Source: Persephonella sp. (GTDB lineage Bacteria > Aquificota > Aquificia > Aquificales > Hydrogenothermaceae). Taken from it: DNA of 57,075 nt. The position numbers were made by a program, and so were the translations under genes. Below are positions 8,140 to 17,739 of this stretch, one piece after another; the first letter of the stretch is position 1, and each line of letters starts with the position of its first letter. The stretch spans positions 1 to 57,075 of the forward strand of contig JALVEY010000163.1 of the NCBI GenBank assembly GCA_027030485.1. Direction: 5' to 3'. The notes under the pieces were generated by a model, which was not told the origin of the DNA, did no database searches, and was given only the letters and a program-made list of their open reading frames with translations.

Positions 8140-9401
8140 TGATTTTGGTTCTAAAAGGATACATAATTTCTGTTTCTTTGTTATGCATATTATATGCTTT
8201 AAGGCATTTAATCTTTGCCTATGACCGATTTATGGGGAAACAAAAAATATTCTATGGGGATATAATAGACGATCAGCTTCCTACAGTGTCCGTATTAGTT
8301 CCGATGCACAATGAAGAAAAAGTGGCTTCAAATATACTCTCTCTCCTGTCAAAAACTGATTATCCAAAAAATAAATACGAGGTGATACCGATAAATGATC
8401 ATTCTGAAGATAAAACAAAAGAAATAATTGATGAATTTGCAAAAAGATATGATTTTATCAAACCATTGCATAGATATGGTGGTAAAAGAGGTAAACCTGC
8501 AGGTTTGAATGATGCATTAAAAATTGCACAGGGAGAGATAGTTCTGATATTTGATGCTGATTATTTACCTCCTAAGGGTATAGTTAGGGAACTTGCTGTA
8601 AATTTCAAAGATCCTTTAGTTGGAGCGGTTATGGGTAGGGTTATACCTGTAAATGCAGATAAAAACTTGTTGACAAAACTTCTCGATCTGGAGAGATGTG
8701 GAGGTTATCAGGTAAACCAGCAGTCAAGGTACAATCTTAACCTTATTCCACAGTATGGTGGAACTGTAGGTGGTTTTAGAAGGGATATTGTGCTTGAAAC
8801 AGGTGGTTTTAATGAGAATGTTCTTGCAGAGGATACTGAACTTACTTACAGAATGTATGTTTCAGGATACAAAGTAGTTTATGCGAACAGAGCAGAATGT
8901 TGGGAGGAAGCACCAGAAAATTGGAATGTCAGGGCAAGACAGGTAAAAAGGTGGTCCCGTGGACATAACCAAGTAATGTTTAAGTACTTTTTCAAAGTGT
9001 TAAAATCACCCCATCTTACATTTTTCCAAAAGTTTGATGGATTATTACTTCTTATGGTTTATCTAATTCCGTTTTTACTATTATTAGGATTGTTTGATTT
9101 TCTTATCTTATTTTTTTTAGGAGATATTAACTTTATTGCTCCTGTATATGTGATGTTAATTCCTCTCCTTTTTTCAGGATTTGGTAATTTTGCTCCATTT
9201 TATGAAATAGCAGTGGGAGCGGTTATAGATGGACTGGAAAAAAGAGTAAGATTATTACCATTTTTAATATTTAATTTTGTCTTTTACAGTATCTACATAT
9301 CTTTGGGATTTTGGCAGGCGATTTTAGACTCTATAAAAGGAAAAAAAGAGATCCATTGGGATAAAACAGAAAGATTTAGAGATAAAGGGGCTGCAGATTG
9401 A
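8139..9401 (+). CDS. Processive GT2 glycosyltransferase (polysaccharide synthase)
   Basis: FDAD (DxD), AEDTE and QVKRW (QxxRW) motifs with N- and C-terminal TMs. Start placed at the TAATG overlap (ORF track starts at 8121). Confidence 0.9.
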   Translation: MILVLKGYIISVSLLCILYALRHLIFAYDRFMGKQKIFYGDIIDDQLPTVSVLVPMHNEEKVASNILSLLSKTDYPKNKYEVIPINDHSEDKTKEIIDEFAKRYDFIKPLHRYGGKRGKPAGLNDALKIAQGEIVLIFDADYLPPKGIVRELAVNFKDPLVGAVMGRVIPVNADKNLLTKLLDLERCGGYQVNQQSRYNLNLIPQYGGTVGGFRRDIVLETGGFNENVLAEDTELTYRMYVSGYKVVYANRAECWEEAPENWNVRARQVKRWSRGHNQVMFKYFFKVLKSPHLTFFQKFDGLLLLMVYLIPFLLLLGLFDFLILFFLGDINFIAPVYVMLIPLLFSGFGNFAPFYEIAVGAVIDGLEKRVRLLPFLIFNFVFYSIYISLGFWQAILDSIKGKKEIHWDKTERFRDKGAAD

Positions 9402-10291
9402 TAGAGGTTGTCTTTTTTCTTGTATTTTTCCTGTTCATATTCCCATTTGCCATTAGTTATGTTCTTGCATCTGGGAAAGAGCGTCTTAATATTGATCTGA
9501 ACTATACGAGAAATCCACGTTATTTTTCTGTTTCTTTTAGGGAAAAACTATTTAAAGCTATTATAAAAGATTCTTTACTGAAAGGAGATTCACGGATTGA
9601 AGTACAAATGTCAAAAAAAGAGCTGGTGAAGTATGGAAAATTTAATGATCTAACCTTTAATCTATATCCAAATCATATTTATGTGATTACTAACAGAGCT
9701 TTTAGAATAAAAAAAGGTACGGCTGTTAAAAAGGAAATATATGCCCTTTATGATCTTGTAATAGAAGATGATTGTTTTATAAGGGCTGTTGCTTGTGATG
9801 GGGTATGTAAAATTGGAAATGATGTGATTATTGTCAGATGGATTGATGCTATAAAAAGTCTTTATATTGGTTCAGGATGTTCGTTAGGAATAGCTTGCTC
9901 AACAGAAGGGATATTAAAATTAGGAAAAAATAATATTTTTACCAGATTATATGGACATCCTATTATAACCTATGGCTTTAATGAAAAAGAGTATAAAGAA
10001 TTTTCCACCATTATAGAAAAGACAATAAGGGAAAATCCAGTTCAGCTTGAAGGGTTTGAGGATAAACCTGTGTATGTAAAAGGTGATATTTTTTCTGACG
10101 ATGACATCCGATTAAAAAATGTAATTGTAGAAGGAACTGTGTTTTCCTTTAAGAATATATATCTTGAGAATGTTATTGTAGGTTCTCCTGAAAGGCGAGT
10201 ATCTGTAATAGGTGAAAGAATTACCTTTGGAAGAGGTGTGAAAATATATGGATATATTCAAGCAAATACAAAATGTGGAAAAGTATCTTAA
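9398..10291 (+). CDS. Membrane-anchored protein with probable beta-helix repeats
   Basis: N-terminal TM, then repeated short Gly/Ile/Val strands (VYVKGDIFS, VIVEGTVFS, VKIYGYIQA). Confidence 0.6.
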   Translation: MIEVVFFLVFFLFIFPFAISYVLASGKERLNIDLNYTRNPRYFSVSFREKLFKAIIKDSLLKGDSRIEVQMSKKELVKYGKFNDLTFNLYPNHIYVITNRAFRIKKGTAVKKEIYALYDLVIEDDCFIRAVACDGVCKIGNDVIIVRWIDAIKSLYIGSGCSLGIACSTEGILKLGKNNIFTRLYGHPIITYGFNEKEYKEFSTIIEKTIRENPVQLEGFEDKPVYVKGDIFSDDDIRLKNVIVEGTVFSFKNIYLENVIVGSPERRVSVIGERITFGRGVKIYGYIQANTKCGKVS

Positions 10292-12056
10292 AAGATTAAG
10301 CCTGTTATGGGTGTTTTTTCTTTTTAGCTTTTCCCTAAGTTTTGCGTCTGAATTCAAAGTTTTGATTGTTTATAGTCCGAAACAGATGCCACAAAAAGAG
10401 TATACAATAAAAGCTTTAGAAAGTGTTCTTCAAGAAGAAGGAATACTTTTCTCAAGAATGGATGCTGTTTCCTTGCTATCTCATGTGCCGGAAAATATTT
10501 GGAAAACCTATCCTGTAATAATATTCCCCGATGGAGTTGCTCAACAGCTACCGGAAGACATTAAGTATTGGAGTGAAGAATACATAAAAAGTGGTGGCAA
10601 CATTTTTGTTATCTTTGATGCAGGTACAAAAGATATTTATGGTCATTACAGAAATAGACCGATTTTTGAAGACATTTTAGGCGTTAATTACTGTCTTTAT
10701 CCAAAAAAAAAGGAAGAGACCTACACATTAGGATATTTTAAACTGAATAAAAATTATGTGAAAAAGATAGATATTCCACCGGGAAAAATGATTGATAATA
10801 CAATAAGCGGTTATAAATACGGAAAACTGAAATATCCTGTAGCTCTTACTGAGCAAACAGATAATAATATTGAGATTATAGCATCTATTTATAAATCTCA
10901 ATTTGAAGGTATTGGTGCTTCTTTAAAAAGGCACAGTCTTGGAAGTGCATTTTTCGTTAATCTACCGTTATGCCACTTAAAATCCGAAAGTGATGATATA
11001 TTGTTAAGGGCTTTCATAAGATTTTATCTATTTAAAGTAGTGCATATACCCCATATAGTTAATACACCGTATGCAAAAGGTGGACTTATTATAAACTGGC
11101 ATATTGATTCACACCTCGATTGGAAATCTATTCCGATGATGATAGAAAAAGGATATTTAAGAAAAACTATAATTTATTCAAACCATATTACAGCCGGATC
11201 ATTTTTGAAAAAACCTGGTGATGGAAAAGGGTTTGATGCTTGCGGGAAAGGTAAAAAGATTGCTTCTATGCTTACCAAATACGGTATTACCGGGTCCCAC
11301 GGAGGATGGGCACATAACTGGTTTTCGGAAAATATACTTTCTGGAAAATTTGGGTATGAAGATATAAAAAGGTATATACATATAAATAATAGATGTCTAA
11401 GAAAAGTATCTAATCAGATCATAAAGGAGTATTCTGCTCCCAATGGAGTCCATCCTCAACCAATAACCACAAAAATATTAGAAGAATTAGGGATGAAGTG
11501 CTACTATTACACTGGTGATTCAGGTTCTGCTCCAAATAGGACTTTTTACAGAAAAAAGATGGTTTCAGATAAAGTATGGGCATTTCCTGTAACACCACTT
11601 GGAGATGTAGCATCATTTTATGAAATGTCAGTTAAAGGTTATACACCAAAAAAAGTAGAAAAATGGCTTAAAGGAATGGTGGATTTTGTTATAGAAAGAA
11701 AAACAATAAGGCTTATCTATTCACATCCTTATGATATTCCTCATTACCCTGAGGCGATACTTAGGTTTATTAATTATGCAGAGAAAAAATACAAGCAGGG
11801 AGAATTATTAGTCAGACCGATGTTGTATTTTGTAAATTACCTTGAGAGGTTTGTAAAAACAAAATTTTCATTTAAGATAAAAAAAGATAAATTTGTAATA
11901 ACCTTATATAATCCGGATGGATTAAAAGGAATACCTGTAGCGATCCCAAAAAGAATGTGTAAAGAAAAACTATCAGATATACAGGATGAATTTTATTACT
12001 ATAAAGTAATAACCGCAAATATAAAGAAGTTTCGCTATGAATGTGAATTACGATGA
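10248..12056 (+). CDS. Exported polysaccharide deacetylase-like protein (CE4/NodB-like) with N-terminal GATase-like domain
   Basis: Signal peptide ending SFA; NWHID, GSHGGWAH, YSAPNG and LIYSHP motifs. The true start may be GTG 10275. Confidence 0.7.
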   Translation: MDIFKQIQNVEKYLKRLSLLWVFFLFSFSLSFASEFKVLIVYSPKQMPQKEYTIKALESVLQEEGILFSRMDAVSLLSHVPENIWKTYPVIIFPDGVAQQLPEDIKYWSEEYIKSGGNIFVIFDAGTKDIYGHYRNRPIFEDILGVNYCLYPKKKEETYTLGYFKLNKNYVKKIDIPPGKMIDNTISGYKYGKLKYPVALTEQTDNNIEIIASIYKSQFEGIGASLKRHSLGSAFFVNLPLCHLKSESDDILLRAFIRFYLFKVVHIPHIVNTPYAKGGLIINWHIDSHLDWKSIPMMIEKGYLRKTIIYSNHITAGSFLKKPGDGKGFDACGKGKKIASMLTKYGITGSHGGWAHNWFSENILSGKFGYEDIKRYIHINNRCLRKVSNQIIKEYSAPNGVHPQPITTKILEELGMKCYYYTGDSGSAPNRTFYRKKMVSDKVWAFPVTPLGDVASFYEMSVKGYTPKKVEKWLKGMVDFVIERKTIRLIYSHPYDIPHYPEAILRFINYAEKKYKQGELLVRPMLYFVNYLERFVKTKFSFKIKKDKFVITLYNPDGLKGIPVAIPKRMCKEKLSDIQDEFYYYKVITANIKKFRYECELR

Positions 12057-12903
12057 GTATAATTCCCCTTTAAATATATGGAAGTATTATTCAACTATCA
12101 GGAAAAAAAATTATGTGAATTCTTATATTACTACATTGACTGCGGTATATTTAATTCTTGAAAATAAAATTCCTATCGGGGAGATAAGAAAATATATATA
12201 CTGGTATTTAGACAGGATTAACACCTCAGATCATAATAGAATTACAGGGACTATATACGACTTTGAAATAACACTTGATGGAAAAGAAAAACCCTTAAGA
12301 ATATACGACTCTGCTGATGGATATGCAGGTTTATTTTTAACATTAAGTACTTTATACTGTATAAGGAAACAGGATTATTCATTAATTAAGAATTACATAG
12401 ATAAATATCTTGATATAGCTTATCTGATAGTACATCTGAAAAATTCAAAAGGATTAACTATATCAGATCCCCAAAATCATCAAAATTACCTGATGAATAA
12501 CCTGGAGGCGTATGGAGGATTATTGTCTATAATATACGCTTTAAAAAAAATAAATCATAATGATTTTAACTATTATTACGCCCATGTAATCTCTTTTAAT
12601 AGGGATATATGGCAAAACTTTTATGACTTTAAAACAGGTTATTTTTATTGGGCAATTACAGATAAAACGTATCATCAAATAAACCCTGATAATATATATC
12701 CCGATGTATATTCCCAAATCTTCCCTGTTGCTTACGGACTGGTTTATAACAAGTCGGAAATACGCAACAGGTTGATCAATTTTATATCTGAAAAATTAGA
12801 TCCATTAAAGCTACCTAAAGAACAGTACTTTATGTACAGATCTATGTATTTACTGGAGAAGAATTTTGCTTATATTTCTCAAAAGTTTCTCCCTGAGTTA
12901 TAA
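12037..12903 (+). CDS. Hypothetical protein, possibly an (alpha/alpha)-barrel glycoside hydrolase
   Basis: Helical, Tyr-rich; DSADGYAG, YLMNNLEAYGGL and YPD motifs; last gene of the glycan operon. Confidence 0.5.
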   Translation: MNVNYDEYNSPLNIWKYYSTIRKKNYVNSYITTLTAVYLILENKIPIGEIRKYIYWYLDRINTSDHNRITGTIYDFEITLDGKEKPLRIYDSADGYAGLFLTLSTLYCIRKQDYSLIKNYIDKYLDIAYLIVHLKNSKGLTISDPQNHQNYLMNNLEAYGGLLSIIYALKKINHNDFNYYYAHVISFNRDIWQNFYDFKTGYFYWAITDKTYHQINPDNIYPDVYSQIFPVAYGLVYNKSEIRNRLINFISEKLDPLKLPKEQYFMYRSMYLLEKNFAYISQKFLPEL

Positions 12904-13867
12904 GTTTCCTGCCTAACCTTTTCACCATCTCCTCATCTTTTCCGGGAGGTCTTCCTGCTCTTGTTAGATAACCCCCTGCCATTAGACAGTTAGCTATTTC
13001 CATAGCCCTGTCGTGGTACTCTCTAAGATTTTGTTCTCTTCCACCGCAAAGCCTGAGTTCTGCCTGAGGGTTAAACAGTTTGAACAGGGAAATTATTTTG
13101 AGACATTTTTGTGGAGTAAGCTGTTTGTTGTTTGCAAGAGGTGTGCCAGGGATAGGAATAAGAAAGTTCATAGGTATAGAATCAACCCCAAGCTCCCTGT
13201 ACGTATCAGCAAGATCAACTATATCCTCATCTGTTTCTCCTATGCCGAATATTCCCCCGCAGCATGTAGAAAGACCGGCATTCTGTATTCTTTTAATTGT
13301 TTCGTATCTCTCCCTCCATAAATGTGTAGTGACTATTTTAGGAAAATGTTTTTCTGATGTTTCAAGGTTATGGTTAACCCTTTCAACACCGGATTCCTTT
13401 AATACTTTCAGATCCTCTTCATCAATACTTCCTATTGATACGCATACCTTAACAGGTAGAGTATCTGTTATCTCTTTCACAGCTTCAGCTATATGCTGGA
13501 TCTCTTCCTTGGTTGCCTTTTTTCCACTGGTTACAATACAGTATCTGTTTGCTTTTATTGAAACAGCTTTTACAGCTCCCTCTAAAAGCTCTTTTTTTGG
13601 AACAAGGGAGTATGCGTTAATAGGTGTTGGGTATTTTGAAGACTGGGCGCAGAATGAACAGTCTTCTGTACAGGCACCGTTTTTTGCATTAATCAGTGAG
13701 CAGAACTCAACCTCATTCTTAAAAACAAATTCTCTAACTTTTGATGCCTGTTCTATAAGATCTTCAAGGAGCTCATCTGGTATACTCAGTATTTTTAACC
13801 CTTCCTCTTTTGATAACTCTTCTCCTGAGAGAACCCTGTCTGCAAGATTATTTATAAAATCCCTCAT
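12842..13867 (-). CDS. bioB: Biotin synthase
   Basis: CTEDCSFCAQS radical SAM motif, NHNLET, CCGGIFGIGE. Confidence 0.95.
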   Translation of the reverse strand: MRDFINNLADRVLSGEELSKEEGLKILSIPDELLEDLIEQASKVREFVFKNEVEFCSLINAKNGACTEDCSFCAQSSKYPTPINAYSLVPKKELLEGAVKAVSIKANRYCIVTSGKKATKEEIQHIAEAVKEITDTLPVKVCVSIGSIDEEDLKVLKESGVERVNHNLETSEKHFPKIVTTHLWRERYETIKRIQNAGLSTCCGGIFGIGETDEDIVDLADTYRELGVDSIPMNFLIPIPGTPLANNKQLTPQKCLKIISLFKLFNPQAELRLCGGREQNLREYHDRAMEIANCLMAGGYLTRAGRPPGKDEEMVKRLGRKLITQGETFEKYKQNSSPVNT

Positions 13868-13875
13868 ATCAACCT

Positions 13876-13905
13876 CGTTAACCTAAAGTTTTTGATTAGT
13901 TTACC
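13876..13905. promoter_or_regulatory. BirA operator (bioO-like)
   Basis: GTTAACC-N14-AGTTTAC immediately upstream of bioB, fitting the TGTaAACC-N14/16-GGTTtACA consensus. Confidence 0.7.
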
Positions 13906-14010
13906 ATACAAAAGATACAATTTTCTGTTTACTATTCCCAGTTATTACCTACTAACCAAATAGTGGTAAAAACTTATAGTATGAAAAAATTAAGAAAAAT
14001 TCTCTAAAAG

Positions 14011-14033
14011 AATAGGGGCATTTAGCCCCTATT
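14011..14033 (-). terminator. Intrinsic terminator downstream of the lipoprotein gene
   Basis: aataggggc-attta-gcccctatt hairpin followed by CTTTT on the - strand. Confidence 0.7.
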
Positions 14034-14038
14034 AAAAT

Positions 14039-15649
14039 TTAAAATACCAGATGTTCATCTTCATTTGGAGTGTTTGTTATGTTTTGTAGGCTATTTGGAG
14101 TAGTTAAATCTGCGTAAAATATATCGTTTTTATAGTTGCTATTAGTTCCAGCTAAAAGGATTTTATTTCCTATACCAAATCCTCCTACCAATGAAAAGTC
14201 TGGTGAAATAGTTCCTAAATTAACAGTAGATGTAGTGTTTGCAGGATCAACCGAATAAAGAGTTCCGCCTACTGGTTGATTGTTAGTATAACTCACATCT
14301 TCCACTTTTAATATTCTATAAATAGGTAAGAAGTAACCGCCAGAGATATTAAGGGTTCCATTAACAGCTAAACTAAAACCTACCCAATAGCTATTAGAAA
14401 TACAGTTAGATCCGCTTGAACCTTCGTCCCATATACATGCAGAGACACTATTAGTAGCATATTTATTGAAGAAAACCTTGTTTTTTGTTATAAATCCGTA
14501 CCGATTATTAGGATCAATAGTTATTATTGTGGAACCATCTTTTTTAACAGCTTTTAAACCATTAGGAGTGTTAATAATAACGTAGTTTTGAGTTTTTCCT
14601 ATAATGTCATTTGCATCTCCGCCATTATAGATGACAACCCAAGAGTTACCTCCATGGTTGAGTTTTGAAACATTACCATTATTGTCTATAGCATAAATAG
14701 CGCTGTTGTCGGATTCAGAAGAGGTATATCCACTGCAGCTAACGTTTAAAAAGTTCATACTATTTCCATCAAACAAATAAAGATCACCATCTATACAGAT
14801 GTAGTCATAAAAATTGTTAGGATTGCTCTCGAACCAATTAGCAGTACTTACACCATTTTTGAGATTTGTACAATTGCTTAAATTGGTATCGCATTTTTTC
14901 AAGATAGAATTTTGAGTATCTAATATTAGAAATCCTGTAATACCATTACCGTGATCAACCCCTGTAACCAAGTCTAAATTACTCATATCTATTGGTATAT
15001 CTGAATTTGTCATTCCACTGTGGATAAACTTTCTTCCATCGTCATTGGTAAAACACTCTCCATCAGCACTTGCCGTTTGAACAACTATGTACGTGTTGCC
15101 AGTCACGGCATCATCCTCTGTTTTAATAAACTCACAAGCATCTGTTATATTGCTAATCTGTTTAGCTGTTGGGGGGGTTGAACCTTTCACCATAAATGCC
15201 ATTTTTATAGGACCGCCATTTGTAACGTTCGTATCACCATCAGATTCTTCTATCCAGTATATGGAATGTCTATGTAAGTTGGAGTATTCTTTTGTAGAGG
15301 TATTAAAACTGTTGACAGCAAATAAAGCTTCTGTTTCATTTATAGGTTTATTAGACAAGGTAATTGGAGAAGAAGGATTATCAGGATCTACAAGATGGAT
15401 ACTTGATTGATATGCAAGATAAGTTGATACTGCAGTTCCGCCACCACCACCGGAACCACCACCACCGGTTCCGCCACCACCACCGGAACCGCCGCCACCA
15501 CCGGAACCACCACCACCGGTTCCGCCACCACCACCGGAACCGCCGCCACCAGTTTCAGCGGTTTCACCACCACCTCCGCCTCCACAGGAAAAGCTCAGGG
15601 CAGAGGCAATTACGATCATCAATCCTGCTAATAGTTTTTTCCTTTTCAT
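14039..15649 (-). CDS. Surface lipoprotein with Gly-rich linker
   Basis: Lipobox LSFSC, poly-Gly linker, Asn/Ser/Thr-rich beta domain with several Cys pairs. ATG 15649 has a GGAGGT RBS. Confidence 0.8.
   Translation of the reverse strand: MKRKKLLAGLMIVIASALSFSCGGGGGGETAETGGGGSGGGGGTGGGGSGGGGGSGGGGGTGGGGSGGGGGTAVSTYLAYQSSIHLVDPDNPSSPITLSNKPINETEALFAVNSFNTSTKEYSNLHRHSIYWIEESDGDTNVTNGGPIKMAFMVKGSTPPTAKQISNITDACEFIKTEDDAVTGNTYIVVQTASADGECFTNDDGRKFIHSGMTNSDIPIDMSNLDLVTGVDHGNGITGFLILDTQNSILKKCDTNLSNCTNLKNGVSTANWFESNPNNFYDYICIDGDLYLFDGNSMNFLNVSCSGYTSSESDNSAIYAIDNNGNVSKLNHGGNSWVVIYNGGDANDIIGKTQNYVIINTPNGLKAVKKDGSTIITIDPNNRYGFITKNKVFFNKYATNSVSACIWDEGSSGSNCISNSYWVGFSLAVNGTLNISGGYFLPIYRILKVEDVSYTNNQPVGGTLYSVDPANTTSTVNLGTISPDFSLVGGFGIGNKILLAGTNSNYKNDIFYADLTTPNSLQNITNTPNEDEHLVF
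15450..15551. repeat. Exact 51-bp tandem duplication encoding GGGGSGGGGGTGGGGSG twice
   Basis: 15450-15500 and 15501-15551 are identical: ccggaaccaccaccaccggttccgccaccaccaccggaaccgccgccacca. Confidence 0.9.
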
Positions 15650-15733
15650 AATGGATAACCTCCCCACAAAATTTCTTCTTACATTACTAATTATAAAAGT
15701 TTTACTTTAAAAAAGGAAGATGGGATATAAAAA

Positions 15734-16356
15734 GATAGTTGGTTTATAAATCCATAAGTGGAAAATTCCAATAAATAAAAAGCAAAGCCAAAGCTCTTTT
15801 CATTGAACTAACAGTCTTAGCATAGGCTTTAGTCTTCCTTCTAAACATAGCAAGTTTATCTCTAATAACTGAATGCAGTCATTCATTCTAATTAGTTAAC
15901 CCAAATTTTTTCTTCTTCCTTCTCCTAAAATTCTAATAAATATACAACCCGTCAGTATGAACTTACTTGTATTTAGGTAGTTTCTCTTCTAACCTAATAA
16001 AATGTATTCTCAGTTCTTTTACTTAATTTCGAAAAACTTTATATTCTTATCAACTACTACAGTCCGAACCCAATTCGCCTTCTCTTTTTATCTATGTTCT
16101 AATTATTTGATATGGAACTTTTAAAACTATGGCGATGGCTCTCGTTGTTATTCCTTCGCGAAATAATTAAACTACTAATTCTTTGTAATTATGTAGGGAT
16201 AGTAATTTCTTTTTGCATTTTCTCCAAAACCTCAATTGCAAGCTCTACATAAATATATTTATCTTTTGTTTGAGTTAAATCCTTTCCTTACTACCCTTTC
16301 CAGTATTTGCACTTCTTATTATTATCTTACACCTTTACCCCGTTGAACCAAATACC
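15734..16356 (-). mobile_element. Decayed IS1-family element (transposase pseudogene)
   Basis: The - strand gives, across stops and frameshifts: a Zn-finger (VVRKG..IYLCRACN), HTH (LFREGITTRAIAIVLKVP..*IKREG), HTDG, and TN*NE*LHSVIRDKLAMFRRKTKAYAK. Imperfect terminal IRs: gatagttggtt (15734-15744) and aaccaaatacc (16346-16356). Confidence 0.8.
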
Positions 16357-16437
16357 CCTATTTGTAAAATCTTAAAATGAATTATATTATATAATATAAT
16401 TAATAGTAAAGGCGCTATGTATAGGAGGGGAATTGCT

Positions 16438-17706
16438 ATGAAAAGCAAAAAATTTATATCAATTTTTTTAATGATAATTTTGTCCACCTTAATTTTAAGC
16501 TCGTGTGGAGGAGGTGGTGGCAGCAGTAATGAAGAGGGAGGTTTTGCTGGTTCTGTTGATGTAACAGGAAAATTGTTAGCTCCAGATGGTCAAACTCCAA
16601 TTGCAGGTGCAGTAGTTTATGTTCCAAAAGATTATTCTCAACAAATATCTATTTCATCTTTCATACAAGGTCAAAATTCCGTTCAATGTGAGACACCTCC
16701 AGAACAGTATATGGCAGCTACATGTACAGCAGCAGATGGTTCTTTTTCCTTGAAAGTCAATATAACCGGAAATAAATTAACGTTGAAATTTAAGAAAGGA
16801 GCTTTTAAGAAAACAATTTCTGTGGATTTAACATCCTCAAAATTAGATTTGGGTAATGTAAACCTCCCTTCCGATCCAGATCAGGGAGCCCCTAAAATGG
16901 CTGTAGTTACTGGATACTACGATGCTATAGAAAATGTTCTTGCAAAGCTTGGATTTGGTTCTATAAATTCAGGACGGCTTGAACCTGGAACAGAAAAATT
17001 TGATTTTTATGATGGGGATTATTCCCTTGATGATACAAAATATCCAAATTTTGATGATCTCTTTGTAGATAAAGATATGGATGGAAAACCAGATATTTAT
17101 AAATATGACATTGTTTTTATAAACTGTGGAACAGGTTATGAAAATGATATACTGACAGATAGCTCAAAAATTTCTATAATCAGAGATTATGTTGAGCAGG
17201 GAGGAAGGTTATATGTAACAGATTTATCTTATGATTTTGTAGAACAGGTTTTCCCAGAATTTATTGACTTTTATGGAAGCGATTCTACTCCTGAAATAGA
17301 TCCTGAAAATATGGATGCAGCTCAGGTGGGGAATGCAGGAATAACTACAGAGGCAGATGTTCTTGATAATACGCTTGCAGATTGGCTTGCAACAGTAACT
17401 TGTGTTGATAGCAGTAACAACCCGGTGGATTGTATAAATACCTCTACCAATAAAGTTCAGATAGAAGGATTTCTTGGTGGTTGGGCAGTAATAAATGGAC
17501 CTCATCCTTCTCACTCTTCAGATGTGAAAATATGGGTAAAAGGATATGTTTCATGGTCTTCAGGAAGTGGAGAAAAACCTTTGACAGTAAGCTTCCCCGT
17601 CGGAAAAGGTAAAATTCTATATACTTCATACCATACAGAACCAACATATTATATTAATGGACTACTTCCACAAGAAAGAATTCTTCAATATCTTGTATTC
17701 TTCTAA
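16438..17706 (+). CDS. Lipoprotein with carboxypeptidase-regulatory-like domain and GATase-like C-terminal domain
   Basis: Lipobox LSSC then GGGGG; TGKLLAPDGQTPIAGAVVYV; VFINCG, GGRLYVTD and GKILYTSYH motifs. ATG 16438 follows AGGAGG. Confidence 0.75.
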   Translation: MKSKKFISIFLMIILSTLILSSCGGGGGSSNEEGGFAGSVDVTGKLLAPDGQTPIAGAVVYVPKDYSQQISISSFIQGQNSVQCETPPEQYMAATCTAADGSFSLKVNITGNKLTLKFKKGAFKKTISVDLTSSKLDLGNVNLPSDPDQGAPKMAVVTGYYDAIENVLAKLGFGSINSGRLEPGTEKFDFYDGDYSLDDTKYPNFDDLFVDKDMDGKPDIYKYDIVFINCGTGYENDILTDSSKISIIRDYVEQGGRLYVTDLSYDFVEQVFPEFIDFYGSDSTPEIDPENMDAAQVGNAGITTEADVLDNTLADWLATVTCVDSSNNPVDCINTSTNKVQIEGFLGGWAVINGPHPSHSSDVKIWVKGYVSWSSGSGEKPLTVSFPVGKGKILYTSYHTEPTYYINGLLPQERILQYLVFF

Positions 17707-17716
17707 TGATACATTT

Positions 17717-17739
17717 GAGGGCGTGTAGCCCTCTTTTTT
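17717..17739 (+). terminator. Intrinsic terminator
   Basis: gagggc-gtgta-gccctc followed by tttttt, just after the stop. Confidence 0.75.

Noticed and set aside
10703-10711. A9 tract in the deacetylase gene as a phase-variation site
   Set aside because: The frame is intact and A/T runs of this length are common in this AT-rich sequence.
13080-13886. 268-aa + strand ORF
   Set aside because: Antisense shadow of bioB. The same applies to 20994..21518 (mlaE), 27149..27715 (prs) and other short antisense ORFs.
15364-15651. Arg/His-repeat ORF and the Val/Pro-repeat ORF 15388..15585
   Set aside because: Alternative frames of the poly-Gly repeat in the lipoprotein gene.
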